A DNA stretch of 64,000 nucleotides from Eledone cirrhosa (lineage: Eukaryota), in NCBI GenBank assembly GCA_964016885.1, contig OZ024759.1, positions 30,690,001 to 30,754,000 of the forward strand, in the 5' to 3' direction. Of the stretch, positions 14,133-26,152 are shown in pieces. The first letter of the stretch is position 1; the number at the start of each line of letters is the position of its first letter. A program made the position numbers and the translations under genes. The notes under the pieces are model-generated. The model made no database searches. It saw nothing but the letters and a program-made list of their open reading frames with translations, and had not been told where the DNA came from.

Positions 14133-14364
14133 TGTATATATATAAACATACACATATGTATATATATACATAAGAGTGTGTTGTTTGCTTGAAGCATTGG
14201 GCTAGTGTATGAAGAAGTATGTAATTCGAAGACTGCAACAATTCAACATGGACGCTAGATTTTATACTAGAAAAATATATAACAAAGATAAGGTGGATAT
14301 TAATTAGAAGAGAATATTAAACATGTAAATATTTCCATTGTTTACATATAGGAAGTTCACATTC

Positions 14365-14488
<124 letters not shown>

Positions 14489-14916
14489 GGGGTAATATTA
14501 AATATTATCCAATTACAAATATGAGTAGCTCAATATAATATATATAAAATATGAGAAAATAAAAGACAAAAATATACCTATTTTTTGTTCAAATTTCCGA
14601 CTGCAGTTTCGCCGATACGTGGGCAATGATTTCTGCACTATAAAAGTGAATATATATATATAAGTATATATAAAATATATATATTTGTATTTATATATGT
14701 ATAGCTGTTGAAACTGCACGAGCTCAGCTGTTGGGGTCCTAAATCCTCCATGGCTGGTCCATTCAAAAAGATGAAACACTTAACTAGGTGATTGACAAAC
14801 AATCGGCTTTAACCACACAAATATGGGTTACATTGAGTAGAATTGTGAGTGCATTCTCTAGGAAGCCATGAAGTACATTTGACTTTGAGATAAAACATTT
14901 ATAAACACACACAATT

Positions 14917-14948
<32 letters not shown>

Positions 14949-14956
14949 GCACACAC

Positions 14957-15000
<44 letters not shown>

Positions 15001-15013
15001 GTATTTATATGTG

Positions 15014-15095
<82 letters not shown>

Positions 15096-15663
15096 CATAT
15101 ATATGTGTGAGTCTGGGTGTGTATATATATATGTGTGTATCTCACATATATGAGAAAAGTTCCTCGAGTAACAACAACAAAAAAATACACCAATAATAAC
15201 AACAACAACACTAATAATAATTTAAAAAAAACAATAATACTAATAATATTGATGGTGATGATGATGGTAACAACAATAGCATTGGCAATGAAGGGAACTA
15301 TTGGGAATCAGTTGGCCCTGAAGACCTATTCTTTAAATTCCAAATGTGAGAACTTTCTGATCTTTTACATTTAGAATAATTCTGAAGATTTGAATTATAA
15401 ATGTCACCATATGCCTTCTAAAATGAATCCTAGGAAGAGAAAATACTACTAAAAGCTATCAATGTTAAATATGGTGGAATCCGGTCTTTTGCAAGCAATA
15501 GAGAAGCCATTTTTTTACAGCACGTCTTCCCTTGATTCGATAGACTTTGGGATAATTCTTTCTAATATTCTGTGTTAGGATCAGGAGGTGGCTGTTTGTT
15601 GTGGTTGTGCACGTCAGAGAGTATTTTGGTCAGTCTATGAACTTTTTAGTTGACACTTGAATG

Positions 15664-15751
<88 letters not shown>

Positions 15752-16229
15752 AAAATGTTAACCCCCGACGGCATAGCTCAAGCCGTTTCGACGGCTATTT
15801 CTGGACTAAAAAATAAAAGTTTTAGTCCAGAAATAGCCGTCAAAACGGCTTGAGCTCTACAGTCGGGTTGAACATTTTCTTATTCCATAGTTAATTTATC
15901 TGTCAATTAATGTTTATCATTGAATGACCAACTGTTAAAAAATACAAATATAAATATTTACCAGATAAATTAACTATTGAGATATAAAAGATACAGAAGC
16001 AAAAACCAAACTAAACCAAACAGTGAGTGAGTTCTGTTATTATTTCTGTCAATATTACAACAATATGACCCTCCCCATGTATAACAATATTTGTTATACT
16101 TGGCGAGGGTCATATTGAAAACCTTGCAAAAAAAATATATGTATATATATATACATATATATCCAGCGAATTTCCGACCGATAAGGTTGAATCTTCATGG
16201 GTACGTCTTTATTTATAAAACAAACTTTG

Positions 16230-16293
16230 TATTTTATCTGATGAAAGCGCACCAATGTTGGCTTGGTCCTCTTGAAATATATATAATAAAATA
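16230..16293 (+). ncRNA. Minimal type I hammerhead ribozyme (family B)
   Basis: tattttat-CTGATGA-aag..accaa..ttggt..ctt-GAAA-tatata-TA-ataaaata (8-bp stem I). Confidence 0.7.
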
Positions 16294-16452
16294 AATATGG
16301 TTTTATAAATATAGTTTCCATTTATTTAATATCATGTATATACATGGGATCTTATTGGGGTCCTACTCGTTCCTATTACCCACTCTACTCCCCTAAGTAT
16401 TGAGTACTTTGGTGCTTTATGGTCCACCTGGTTACTTACCACATTTCCTTCG

Positions 16453-16486
<34 letters not shown>

Positions 16487-16526
16487 GATATTAAACAAAT
16501 GGAAACTATATTTATAAAACCATATT

Positions 16527-16592
16527 TATTTCATTATACATATTTCAGGGATACCATATTAAAAATATGGCATGCCTTCGTCAGATAAAATA
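16527..16592 (-). ncRNA. Minimal type I hammerhead ribozyme (family B) in fold-back element 16486-16783
   Basis: Minus strand: tattttat-CTGACGA-aggcatgccatatt/aatatggtatccct-GAAA-tatgta-TA-atgaaata. Confidence 0.72.
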
Positions 16593-16780
16593 CAATATAT
16601 AAACAGTTTTATAAATAATTTTGACGTACCCTGAAATATGTATAATGAAATAAATATGGTTTTATAAATATAGTTTCCATTTGTTTAATATCGTATATCT
16701 ACTCCCAAAACTTGTCGAGTGCTTTATATCGGTTATAAAATATTTACTTGTTGTAACCCAACAATTTTAAATAAAACTTT

Positions 16781-16855
<75 letters not shown>

Positions 16856-16960
16856 TGTAATCGCGACAATGAAAGTAGACACATTGTTATTATTATCAAT
16901 ATTATTATTATTACTATTATCCAATATATTATTAAAATATTTACTCTTCTATATTTGTAG

Positions 16961-17015
16961 GATATCGAGGGTTCTTTTAATCCCTTAAAAAACATGCAGA
17001 GACATAAATCAGACA
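16961..17015 (+). CDS. ERGIC1: ERGIC1 internal coding exon (DIEGSFNPLKNMQRHKSD+1nt)
   Basis: ttgtag acceptor, GTGAGT donor at 17016, 55 nt, phase 0/1. Matches the 'IHGAFNALGG' segment of vertebrate ERGIC1 and bridges the phases of the flanking exons exactly. Confidence 0.88.
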
Positions 17016-17166
17016 GTGAGTGGCAATTCTTTTTCATCATCATCGTCATCGTCATCGTCTTCGTCGTCGTCTTATTATTATTATTATTATTAATGTCTAC
17101 TTTATGTGAACCCTTGTGGTTAATAAAGAAAACATTATTATTATTATTATTATTATTGTTATTGTT

Positions 17167-20107
17167 ATTCCTTGAATCTCAGTCATTGATGTTGGTTAAC
17201 TGGAAAGTCCGTTGGATTGAATATCAAGCCACTACCTGCAGCCTCAGATATTCAGGACGTATCGGAGGGTTCTTGCCGTTCCAAGCAAGCATGCTTTTTG
17301 AAGCGTTCCAAAAAGCGTGAAGGGGCCGATTTTCTTTAACCATCCCTGGAAACCTTTGGAGATAGTCCCCAGTGCGCCTATGACAATCGGGATCACTTTG
17401 ACTTCATGGCAGTTCCAAATCCTTTTCACCTCCCACTTTAGGTCCTGGTATCGGTTAATTTTCTCCCTCTCCTTCTCTTGCACTCTCGTGTCGAACGGGC
17501 AGGCCACATCCACAATCAGGCACGATCTTTTTTCTTTGTCCACAACCACCAGGTCAGGTCTATTGTGTTCCAGTTTTTTGTCCGTCTGTATCCTAAAATC
17601 CCACAGCACCTTCACCTGACTGTTCTCCATCACCGCCTCTGGCCTATGCTCATACCATTTCTCAGAATGTGGTAGATTGTTTACTTTGCACAGGTGCCAG
17701 TGGATCACCCTGCCCATCACATCGTGTCTCCAGCCCTTATAGTGGGTCTGGGCTAGGTGTTTACACTCGGACACAATGTGAGCCACAGTCTCCTCTCTCT
17801 CTCCACAGATCCTGCACAGTGGGCTAGCCTCCTCCTTGTAGATATGGTGCTTCAACCACTTCGTTTTGAGGGCCTGCTCCTGCGCAGCCATTAGCATTCC
17901 TTCTGTAGCCTTTTTGAGGTCTCCTCTTCTCAACCAGTTCCATGTCTGTGGATCTCTAAATTCAGTTTTCTCAAAGAAGGTACTATGAAGGGATTTTCCC
18001 TTAAGGCTGCTCTTCCTCCTTGATGTTATTTCCTCCTTGGGTATCCCCTGGCCTACTGTCCCCTCCTTCAGTACAGCTCTGAGCATTGGCTCCTTACTAT
18101 AGGTCACGTATTTGTATAGGTTGTTTTTCTCCATCTGAACACAGTCCTCTATGCTGATAAGACCTCTTCCACCCTCAGATCTCCTTAGGTAGAGTCTATC
18201 GACATCACTCCTCTTGTGGAACATGTTGTAGATAGTCAATAGCTTCCTAGTCTTCCTATCCATTTCTTTTTGTTCAGCAACATTCCATCTCAGAATTCCC
18301 GCACTGTACCTAATAATAGACACAGCTCGGGAATTTACTGCGCTTATGGCATTTCTGCTGTTCAGATGTGACTTCAATACGCTCCTTACTCTCCGAATGT
18401 ATTCAGTTCTTAACAATTCCTTCATTTTTTTGTTCTTTATGCCATCAGCCTCCAGAACGCCCAAATACTTGTATCCTTCCTCAGAGTCAATTTCCTTTAT
18501 CATCTCACCTGTTGGTATCTGGATCCCGTTACTTCTGCTCAAACTACCCCTCCTCATCACAATGACTCCACATTTACCAATACCAAACTGCATACATATA
18601 TCACTGCTGAAAATACGGACAGTGTCAACAAGCACATCCAACTCCTTCTCACTTTTCCCGAAGAGCTTAAGATCGTCCATGAAGAGGAGGTGATTGATGG
18701 TAAGCTCTCCCCTTCCCAACTTGTATCCTGCTCTCACTTTTCGCAGCATAATGGTCAAGGGCATCAGGGCAAGGACAAACAACAGAGGGGACAGGCTATC
18801 TCCCTGGAAGATACCTCTCTTGATCTTCACGCTTCCCAAGGATACTCCAGTTGATGTCAACTCTGTCTCCCAGGACCCCATACTCCTGCCCAGCAACTGT
18901 CTGATGTTATCTGCCACCCTGAAGATCTCCAGGCTTTTGGTGATCCAGGAATGAGGCACCATGTCAAATGCCTTTCTGTAGTCTATCCATCCCATGGCAA
19001 GATCAGTGTGTCTCCTCCTGCAATTCCCCATTACCATCTTATCAATAAGCAACTGGTCCTTTGTACCACGTGACTTCTTTCGGCATCCTTTCTGTTCGTC
19101 CGGCAACAAGTTGTTTGTGTGGAGGTGATGGTAGATTTCCTCAGACACAATGCTCGTCAACAGTTTCCACATTACGGGCAGACATGTGATAGGTCTATAG
19201 TTGGTAACATCATTACCCTTGATTCGGTCTTTCATTATCAGAACTGTGGTACCTTTTGTCAACCACTCTGGCACCTCACCCGACACCAAGCAGTCATTGA
19301 ACATGGCCGTCAGCTTCGGGTGGAGGGATGTTAAATGTTTAATCCAATACCCCTGCACACCATCTGGGCCTGGTGATTTCCAGTTGGTTAGTTTTTTGGC
19401 TTGCCCCTTAAGAGTTTCAACTGTGATACTCAAATCAGTCTGTTGCTGTGCCTGCTCACCGATCTCCCTCTGTACTGTCTCAATCCACCCTGCCTGGGCA
19501 TTGTGTCTAACATCCTGCTCCCATATTCCTCTCCAGAATGTTTTAGCTTGTTCCGCCCCAGGGATCAAGTCGTTGCCTCTTTCTTTCCCCTCAAGCTGTC
19601 CAAACAGCATCTTCTGGTTGTTGTCGAACATGCGGTTCTGTTTATACTGACTGACTCTGTTCTCGTATCGCCTGATTTTTGCACTCTTTGCTACAATGCG
19701 TTGCTTCAATTCCTCTATGATAATATTTAGCTTTTTACTCCTAGTTTTGTATTTTATTTCCACTCTATTTTTAGTGCCTATGTTTTTTAGTGTCCCATTC
19801 AGTAGTGACTCAAGCTTTCCTATGTCATTTCTCATTTCCCCGATTTGCCCACTCAGTCGCTTCTTCCACCACGGCTCTGCTCTTTCTTGTCTGTTGTTTC
19901 CTCTCGCTTTTATACCAAGTAGTTTCCTCACCGTATTTGCTGTTGCTTTGAGGATATTGTTGCACTGGTGAAGACTCCTCGCCTCAAGGTATGGGATGAC
20001 TTTGTTTACCTTAGCTGTTGTTTCTTTTAACTTTTTCCTGTCTACAAATCTTAGGTTCATAGGTCTCCCACTATCATTGTTCAACTCATCTACCACTAAA
20101 TTTAGGA

Positions 20108-20109
<2 letters not shown>
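17167..20109 (-). mobile_element. 5'-truncated R4/Dong-clade non-LTR retrotransposon inserted in (TAA)n
   Basis: Long RT-RLE ORF with a ~75 nt 3' UTR (17168-17243). (TTA)n tracts lie on both sides (~17072-17166 and ~20110-20150). The reading frame runs open into the upstream (TAA)n, so the element is 5'-truncated. Confidence 0.9.
17244..20096 (-). CDS. Reverse transcriptase / CCHC zinc knuckle / restriction-like endonuclease polyprotein (N-terminally truncated)
   Basis: RT motifs KSPGPDG, NYRPITCLP, WIDYRKAFD, RGIFQGDSLSPLLF, HLLFMDDLKL and YKYLG. CRICGEREETVAHIVSEC knuckle, RHD, and RPDLVVVDK..DVACP..K..Y.DL endonuclease motifs. No stops in 950 codons. The GTG 'start' is an artefact of truncation. 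Confidence 0.95.
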   Translation of the reverse strand: MVDELNNDSGRPMNLRFVDRKKLKETTAKVNKVIPYLEARSLHQCNNILKATANTVRKLLGIKARGNNRQERAEPWWKKRLSGQIGEMRNDIGKLESLLNGTLKNIGTKNRVEIKYKTRSKKLNIIIEELKQRIVAKSAKIRRYENRVSQYKQNRMFDNNQKMLFGQLEGKERGNDLIPGAEQAKTFWRGIWEQDVRHNAQAGWIETVQREIGEQAQQQTDLSITVETLKGQAKKLTNWKSPGPDGVQGYWIKHLTSLHPKLTAMFNDCLVSGEVPEWLTKGTTVLIMKDRIKGNDVTNYRPITCLPVMWKLLTSIVSEEIYHHLHTNNLLPDEQKGCRKKSRGTKDQLLIDKMVMGNCRRRHTDLAMGWIDYRKAFDMVPHSWITKSLEIFRVADNIRQLLGRSMGSWETELTSTGVSLGSVKIKRGIFQGDSLSPLLFVLALMPLTIMLRKVRAGYKLGRGELTINHLLFMDDLKLFGKSEKELDVLVDTVRIFSSDICMQFGIGKCGVIVMRRGSLSRSNGIQIPTGEMIKEIDSEEGYKYLGVLEADGIKNKKMKELLRTEYIRRVRSVLKSHLNSRNAISAVNSRAVSIIRYSAGILRWNVAEQKEMDRKTRKLLTIYNMFHKRSDVDRLYLRRSEGGRGLISIEDCVQMEKNNLYKYVTYSKEPMLRAVLKEGTVGQGIPKEEITSRRKSSLKGKSLHSTFFEKTEFRDPQTWNWLRRGDLKKATEGMLMAAQEQALKTKWLKHHIYKEEASPLCRICGEREETVAHIVSECKHLAQTHYKGWRHDVMGRVIHWHLCKVNNLPHSEKWYEHRPEAVMENSQVKVLWDFRIQTDKKLEHNRPDLVVVDKEKRSCLIVDVACPFDTRVQEKEREKINRYQDLKWEVKRIWNCHEVKVIPIVIGALGTISKGFQGWLKKIGPFTLFGTLQKACLLGTARTLRYVLNI

Positions 20110-20153
<44 letters not shown>

Positions 20154-20253
20154 CCGCCGAGATTAACTTTGCCTTTCATCCTTCCGGGGTCGATAGAATA
20201 GAGTACCAGTAATGCATTGGTGCATTGCTGGCCTTGTGCCAAAAGTAGAAACA

Positions 20254-20287
<34 letters not shown>

Positions 20288-20290
<3 letters not shown>

Positions 20291-20306
20291 CTTGAATCTC
20301 AGTCAT
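20288..20306 (-). mobile_element. Ultra-short (~19 nt) 3'-terminal stub of the Dong-like element in (TAA)n
   Basis: ttccttgaatctcagtcat is identical to the element's 3' terminus at 17168-17186 and is flanked by (TTA)n on both sides. Confidence 0.7.
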
Positions 20307-20307
20307 A

Positions 20308-20359
<52 letters not shown>

Positions 20360-20544
20360 CGCTTCTTCTTTTGCTGCTCCTCCGCCTCCTCCTTCACTCT
20401 ATTACGCTCTCTGTATATTCTCATGTCATTCTCTCTATAAAAGTTACCATATTCTAGCAAGGGAAGCAACTCTTAATAGCCTAGTCGTCGAATATTAATC
20501 TATTAGACTATCACCAAACAACGATTACATTAGTTAACTGCTAG

Positions 20545-20727
20545 GTGGATTGGCAGTATTGGTAGAGGGTCGGAGGCCATGCTTTAACGTATAGAGTTAC
20601 GGCCCTTGCCATTCTGAGTTCAAATCCCACCGAGGTTAACTTTGTCTTTCATCCTTACGGGGTCGATAAAATAAAGTACCGGTAATACACTGGTAATTGC
20701 TGGTCTTGTGCCTAACGTAGAAACATT
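20545..20727 (+). mobile_element. CORE-type SINE copy (a truncated copy lies at 20151-20254)
   Basis: Colinear with 3803-3986. Confidence 0.8.
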
Positions 20728-21383
20728 TATGTGACCTATTGGCAACGGTACAGACGTTGGTAGTAGTAAAGTACTGATCCTAATATGTGTACAGTACCTA
20801 ATAGTGCTATGTTTTGTATGTTCTCTCTCTTTATATAGGAAAGTCATGGGGTACTCTAAGTAACATGTGTAGTGCCTAGTATTCTATTTTCTGTATGTTG
20901 TATATATGTATATATATGTAAGTCCTGTGGTACTCAAGGTAATATGGCTGCAGTACCTATTAATTCTATTTTCTGTATGCTGTATATATTTGTTAATCGT
21001 GGGGTATTTTATGTAATATGTCTGAGCAGTAGCTAGAAAGGTTATATTCTGTATCATCATCTTCATCATCATGATCATCACCATTCCATCTTCCACGCTA
21101 GCATGGGTTAGACGGTTTTGTTCCATTTGATGCGGGATTAGTTGGGGGACGTTGCCTCGCTCGCACGGAAGTGACTTTGGCAGGTTTTCTACGGCTGGAT
21201 GCCCTTCGTAACACCAACCACTTTTACATTTATATATTTGTATATATTTGTAAATCGTGGGGTATTTTATGTAATGTTTACAGTGCATAGTAGTGCTATA
21301 TTCTGTATGTTATATATATTTTTAAATTGTGGGGCACTGTATGAAATAAGTGAGCAGTGCCTAGTATTGCTACATTCTGTATG

Positions 21384-21414
<31 letters not shown>

Positions 21415-21454
21415 CGATACTAACAAATGGAAACTATATTTATAAAACCATATT

Positions 21455-21519
21455 TATTTCATTATACATATTTCAAGGATACCAAGTTAAATTATGGTAT
21501 GCCTTCATCAGACAAAATA
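21455..21519 (-). ncRNA. Minimal type I hammerhead ribozyme (family B)
   Basis: Minus strand: tattttgt-CTGATGA-aggcatacca..tggtatcctt-GAAA-tatgta-TA-atgaaata. Confidence 0.65.
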
Positions 21520-21602
21520 CAATATATACCAGTTTTAGTGCTTTACATCAGTTATAAAAATATTTGCTTGTTGTATCCCAACAATTTAAATAGAACTTTT
21601 GC

Positions 21603-21663
<61 letters not shown>

Positions 21664-21719
21664 TGTGTGTGCGTGTAAGTCCTGTAGTTTGGTTATGTAT
21701 CAGTCTAGGAGTTAACATT

Positions 21720-22190
21720 TATCATTCTCGAAGAACCTATTATTTTATTCTATTTTCATCATCCAAATTTGGGTTATTTCTATCTCTAGATTTTTATATT
21801 TGGATAATTTCTCCAATTTTTGATAGAAGTATTGTCAAAGATATTATTTTTCTTTGAGTTCTTTGACTATAATATCCATTCAGTTGGCTTTGATCTCCAT
21901 ATCTGTGTCTCTTGGCATATTGCTGACTGGTAGCTTTAGCATTCTCCTACATATTTTCTTGTGTCTATCTGTACTATCATTTTTCCGTTAATATTTTATA
22001 GTTTTAGCATACATTCCAGTGCATCTAAATCCCAATTCTATCCACACATTTTCTATTTGTATTTCATAGTCTTGGAATAACTTCCAGTGCACGTAAATCC
22101 CAGTTCTCCCATGTCTGTGGATATAATCCTTTTTGGATAAAGCAAGGAAACCATACGTAATATGGTAAATTGTTTCTTTCCCATCAATGA
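21720..22190 (-). mobile_element. Decayed RLE-type (R4/Dong-like) LINE fragment
   Basis: The minus strand gives GKETIYHITYGFLALSKKDYIHRHGRTGIYVHWKL and DMEIKAN.MDIIVKE...EKLSKYKNLEIEITQIW, broken by stops and frameshifts. Confidence 0.7.
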
Positions 22191-22432
22191 TTTATCTTTC
22201 ATAGCGAGGCTCTTATGTGTATATTATACATAAACATATAAAACACACACACACATATTATATCAAATTACAAAACGGAGTTAAAGATTAACATGAATTC
22301 CCCATAATTTACTGAGCACATGAGATAGATTCCGGACTCTTTATAAATCAGCATATAGAGAGAAGAACACATAGAGATAAGTGTTCAATCATAGGGGATC
22401 AAGACTCACTGGTTTAGAAAGAGCCTGTAATT

Positions 22433-22474
<42 letters not shown>

Positions 22475-22965
22475 TATACTTTTCCCCTTCTTTCTTCCTC
22501 TCCCTCTCTCCCTCTCACTTTCACTCACCTTCTCTCTGGCTGCCATCTCATTGTTTCCCTCGCCTGATCTTCTAGCAGTCTTTTTCTCACACACACTCGC
22601 TTCGGTCAGTCGTGTCTTTTTTCGTTCGATCACACGCTCTTGAACTTAAGTTCTGTTACCACGATTCCCTTGCCTTCAGTTGCTGCACATACTTCGGTTT
22701 GTTGTTGTTTTTCGCTGTTTTCTCCTTTTTCCCTTTTCCTCTTTTCCCTTCTATTTTCCTTCTCTCTCTCTTCCGTTTTCCCAATAACTTACCCGGTTAT
22801 TGTCTTTAAAGTGTTGAAATATCAGACCCCCCCCCCACTAGACAACTGATGAGGAAGCCCCCCTCCCCCGTTCTTGCTTTCTTCTTATTCTCATTCCATT
22901 TTTGAGCCTAACTTAACTAGCAACTACACATCCATCCTATTGTACATATATATATTATATATATA

Positions 22966-23003
<38 letters not shown>

Positions 23004-24384
23004 CTTATTGTTCTTGAGCCCTCTTTCGAAGTTTAAGCATTTATTTTGTGTGTTTTTCTACTGCTACAATATATACAGCTTGCCCCCAAACCACTGGTGT
23101 TAGACTGGTTTTCAGATAAATCTGCCCTTATATCAGGTGAGAGAGCTAAATGCTAATTCTACTAAAGATGGAGGACCTCTTTTGTTTGTATGTTCAAGAA
23201 TATTCCAATAATGCATTTGAACTTAAGACCTACGAGCTTCTTTTTTTTGTGCTTTCCAATACTTGAACAAATCTAATGTTTTGTCTCTAAAGGAATAGAA
23301 ATTTAAAAAATAAATAAATAATACCATGTAAAACATGAATATGATGATGACATTTTCGGAAGACAGAGAAAATTATCTTTTGATGTTTGGCGTCAATTTG
23401 TTGTTTTATTCTGTTGTTAATAGTCTGTTTCATGGAAAAAAATTAAATTAAATTATTGAAGATACACAAAAGAAAACAACACAAAAAGAACGTAAGAGAA
23501 AAAAAACACCCAGAGAGATTAGAAAAAAAAAAAGTAGTAAAGAAACCGTGTTGTTATTTTCTAAGTGTTAAGATTTGATGGAGAAAAATGTTGAGTTCAT
23601 TTGACATTTTGGCTTGAAATTCGACATCTAATGACATAAATTATGTTGGTAGTGATGAAAATAATGTTGATCAAATGCTATGTGTCCCTCTAGACAATTA
23701 TCTTTTTTGCCTGTGTGCCAAGGGATATATGTTTTATGAAATTAGTGAAACTTCGCTGAAGTTTGTAATTTTGAATACGATTTAAAGACTTTCATAGAAT
23801 TTTCCATTGGCAAATAAAGATGTAACCCTTTATTTTCTCTTTAATACCTCTGTTAAATCTATCTTGGTGGAGTTTTTATTGCCAGGAGCTAGATTATAGC
23901 AGGAGGTATTAAAGAGAATTTCTAAAGTTGAGTGTTATCCTACATTGTCAAGAATCGATTTAGTTAAAAAGTAAAGGGCAAGAAGGTATCTTAGTGTAAA
24001 AAGATCACAAGAAATATATGATATTCAATGGGTGATTAACTCCATTCACGTCTCTAGAAAGTTCCCTTTAGCGACATAGAGTTCAACATATCAAGAAAAC
24101 ACTTCCATTGCTTACAATAAGCTCTGCTTCTATTTTTTGGTCAAACACAAAACATTTTTTTTTCAATTATTAGAAAGCTATAATGAAATAAATGAAAAAT
24201 ATTACAATTAACGTTAATCAACCTAAAATATAAATTATAGCGTTCATTATTTTCTTTATAAATACCGTTGACTTTCATTTACCGTATTTTTTATACTGAA
24301 ATAATTTTGCCCTAAAAGCCACATATTATTTATTCATAAAACAATAATAATAATAATAATAATAATAATGATAATAATAATAAT

Positions 24385-24975
24385 GCTTTCTTTATTAAGC
24401 ACAAGGGTTGACACAAAGTATAACATTAAGGACAACACAGGACAATACAAATGGACATTTCTTCGTGTAAAAAAACAAAAACAGAGGGTGACAAAAGGAA
24501 ACAATGAAAAATCCCCAATAGGGGGAGGGGAGAAGAGACCTCCGAGGGTCCCTCGTGGAGAAAGCTCACAAGAAAAGCCACGGTTACCCTGACCGCTAGG
24601 GCAAATGCCCTCTTCCAGCTTTCCAATGCTACAGGCACACGTTCAGGGTAGACCCATTCACACGGCCATTCTTGCATCTCTCACTCACCTTTCAACAAAC
24701 TGGCTGGAAGGCAGCACTTCCCTCTCCACCCTGATTTACCTTTCAGGTGAAACCTGAAAAAGTTATTGAGGGCGTCACCGAAGAGGAAAGTGCCTGTCAT
24801 CAACCCTTTCAGACGTGTCCACTATACAAGCTCTTTTACCATGGCCACCAGGCAGATAAAAACTGCCTACCCCTCCAGGTTAAAGGAGGGCGGCAGTGTA
24901 ATCTTCACGATGAACTCAGCTGATAGCCGTATCCGTCCTACACGCGAGAGCAGATGTTCGACATAAACCCAAAAA
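24385..24975 (-). mobile_element. Decayed L1/Tx1-like LINE 3' fragment
   Basis: The minus strand gives FWVYVEHLLSRVGRIRLSAEFIVKITLPP...LVAMVKE..WTRLKG...FFRFHLK with stops. It ends in AATAAA and an A/T-rich repeat tail. Confidence 0.55.
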
Positions 24976-25008
24976 TCAGCGATGCTGTGTGTTTAATAAT
25001 AATAATAA

Positions 25009-25192
25009 TTGTTTCTACTTTTGGCACAAGGCTAACAATTATCCCAGTGCAATACTGGAACTTTATTTTATCGACCTCGTAAGGATGAAATACAAAGTTA
25101 ACCTCGGCGGAATTTGAGCTCAGACCATAAAGGGCTGTGACTCTTTGCTGCAAAGCATGGCGTCCTACCCTCTACCGATACTGCCAATCCAC
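25009..25192 (-). mobile_element. CORE-type SINE copy
   Basis: Reverse complement of the 3803-3986 family. Confidence 0.8.
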
Positions 25193-25383
25193 GCATTCTT
25201 ATTTAGGTATAAGGCCAGCGATCTTAGGGGAAGGGAAACTCGATTAACTCAACCTCAGTGGATTACTGGTACTTTATTTTATCCTTTCATAGTAAAAGAA
25301 TTACGCCAACAACTTCAATGCAGTACTAGATGTCCTGCGTCAATACAAATTATAATTGAATTCTTCTATTCTCTATTTTCTAG

Positions 25384-25484
25384 GTTCCGTCACGTTTGAT
25401 TACATCATACGTGTTGTACCAACTGTTTATGAAAACATTGATGGTGAGATAAACTACCCCTTTCAGTATACATACACGACTAGG
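25384..25484 (+). CDS. ERGIC1: ERGIC1 internal coding exon (SVTFDYIIRVVPTVYENIDGEINYPFQYTYTTR)
   Basis: ttttctag acceptor, GTAAGA donor at 25485, 101 nt, phase 1/0. Contains the DY.(L/I).(I/V)VPTVYE...QYT motif. Confidence 0.95.
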
Positions 25485-25740
25485 GTAAGATACATTCAAT
25501 ATTGGTTTAGTATTACTTAGGATGAAAACAGATATGGTTGTGTTGTAATGTGATTTCGTAAATGTCTTAATATATATGTATATAATATATATATAACATG
25601 CATATATAAATATATATAAATATCCAACCGATAAGGTATGATTTTCATGGGTATGTCTCTATTTATAAAACAAACTTTGTATTTTATCTGATGAAAGCGT
25701 ACCAATGTGTCTTGGTACCCTTGAAATATATATAATATAA

Positions 25741-25873
25741 TTGTTTCTACTTTTGGCACAAGACCAGCAATTATCCAATGCATTACTGGTACTTTATTTT
25801 ATCGACCCCGTAAGGATGAAAGGTAAAGTTAACCTCGGCGGGATTTGAACTCAGAATGGCAAGGGGCGTAATG
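25741..25873 (-). mobile_element. 5'-truncated CORE-type SINE inserted into a hammerhead-bearing element
   Basis: Family match. Flanking duplication tatataatataa at 25729-25740 and 25874-25885. Confidence 0.8.
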
Positions 25874-25931
25874 TATATAATATAATAAAATAAATATGGT
25901 TTTATAAATATAGTTTCCATTTATTTAATAT

Positions 25932-25995
<64 letters not shown>

Positions 25996-26152
25996 TTAAG
26001 GATACTATTTATGGTTATGTAAATACTAAAACTTTTTATAGTTATATATATTTTAAACCCTAAACGGTTTGGATGAAACAATTGTAAGCTAATAAATGGT
26101 TTGAACATAATTTGATTCCTGTGAATTCTATATATATATATATATATATATA

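Noticed and set aside
17317-19971. Plus-strand ORFs of 65-149 aa
   Set aside because: Antisense shadows of the LINE RT ORF.
22842-22880. gacaaCTGATGAgg as a hammerhead
   Set aside because: No downstream GAAA or complementary stem I strand.
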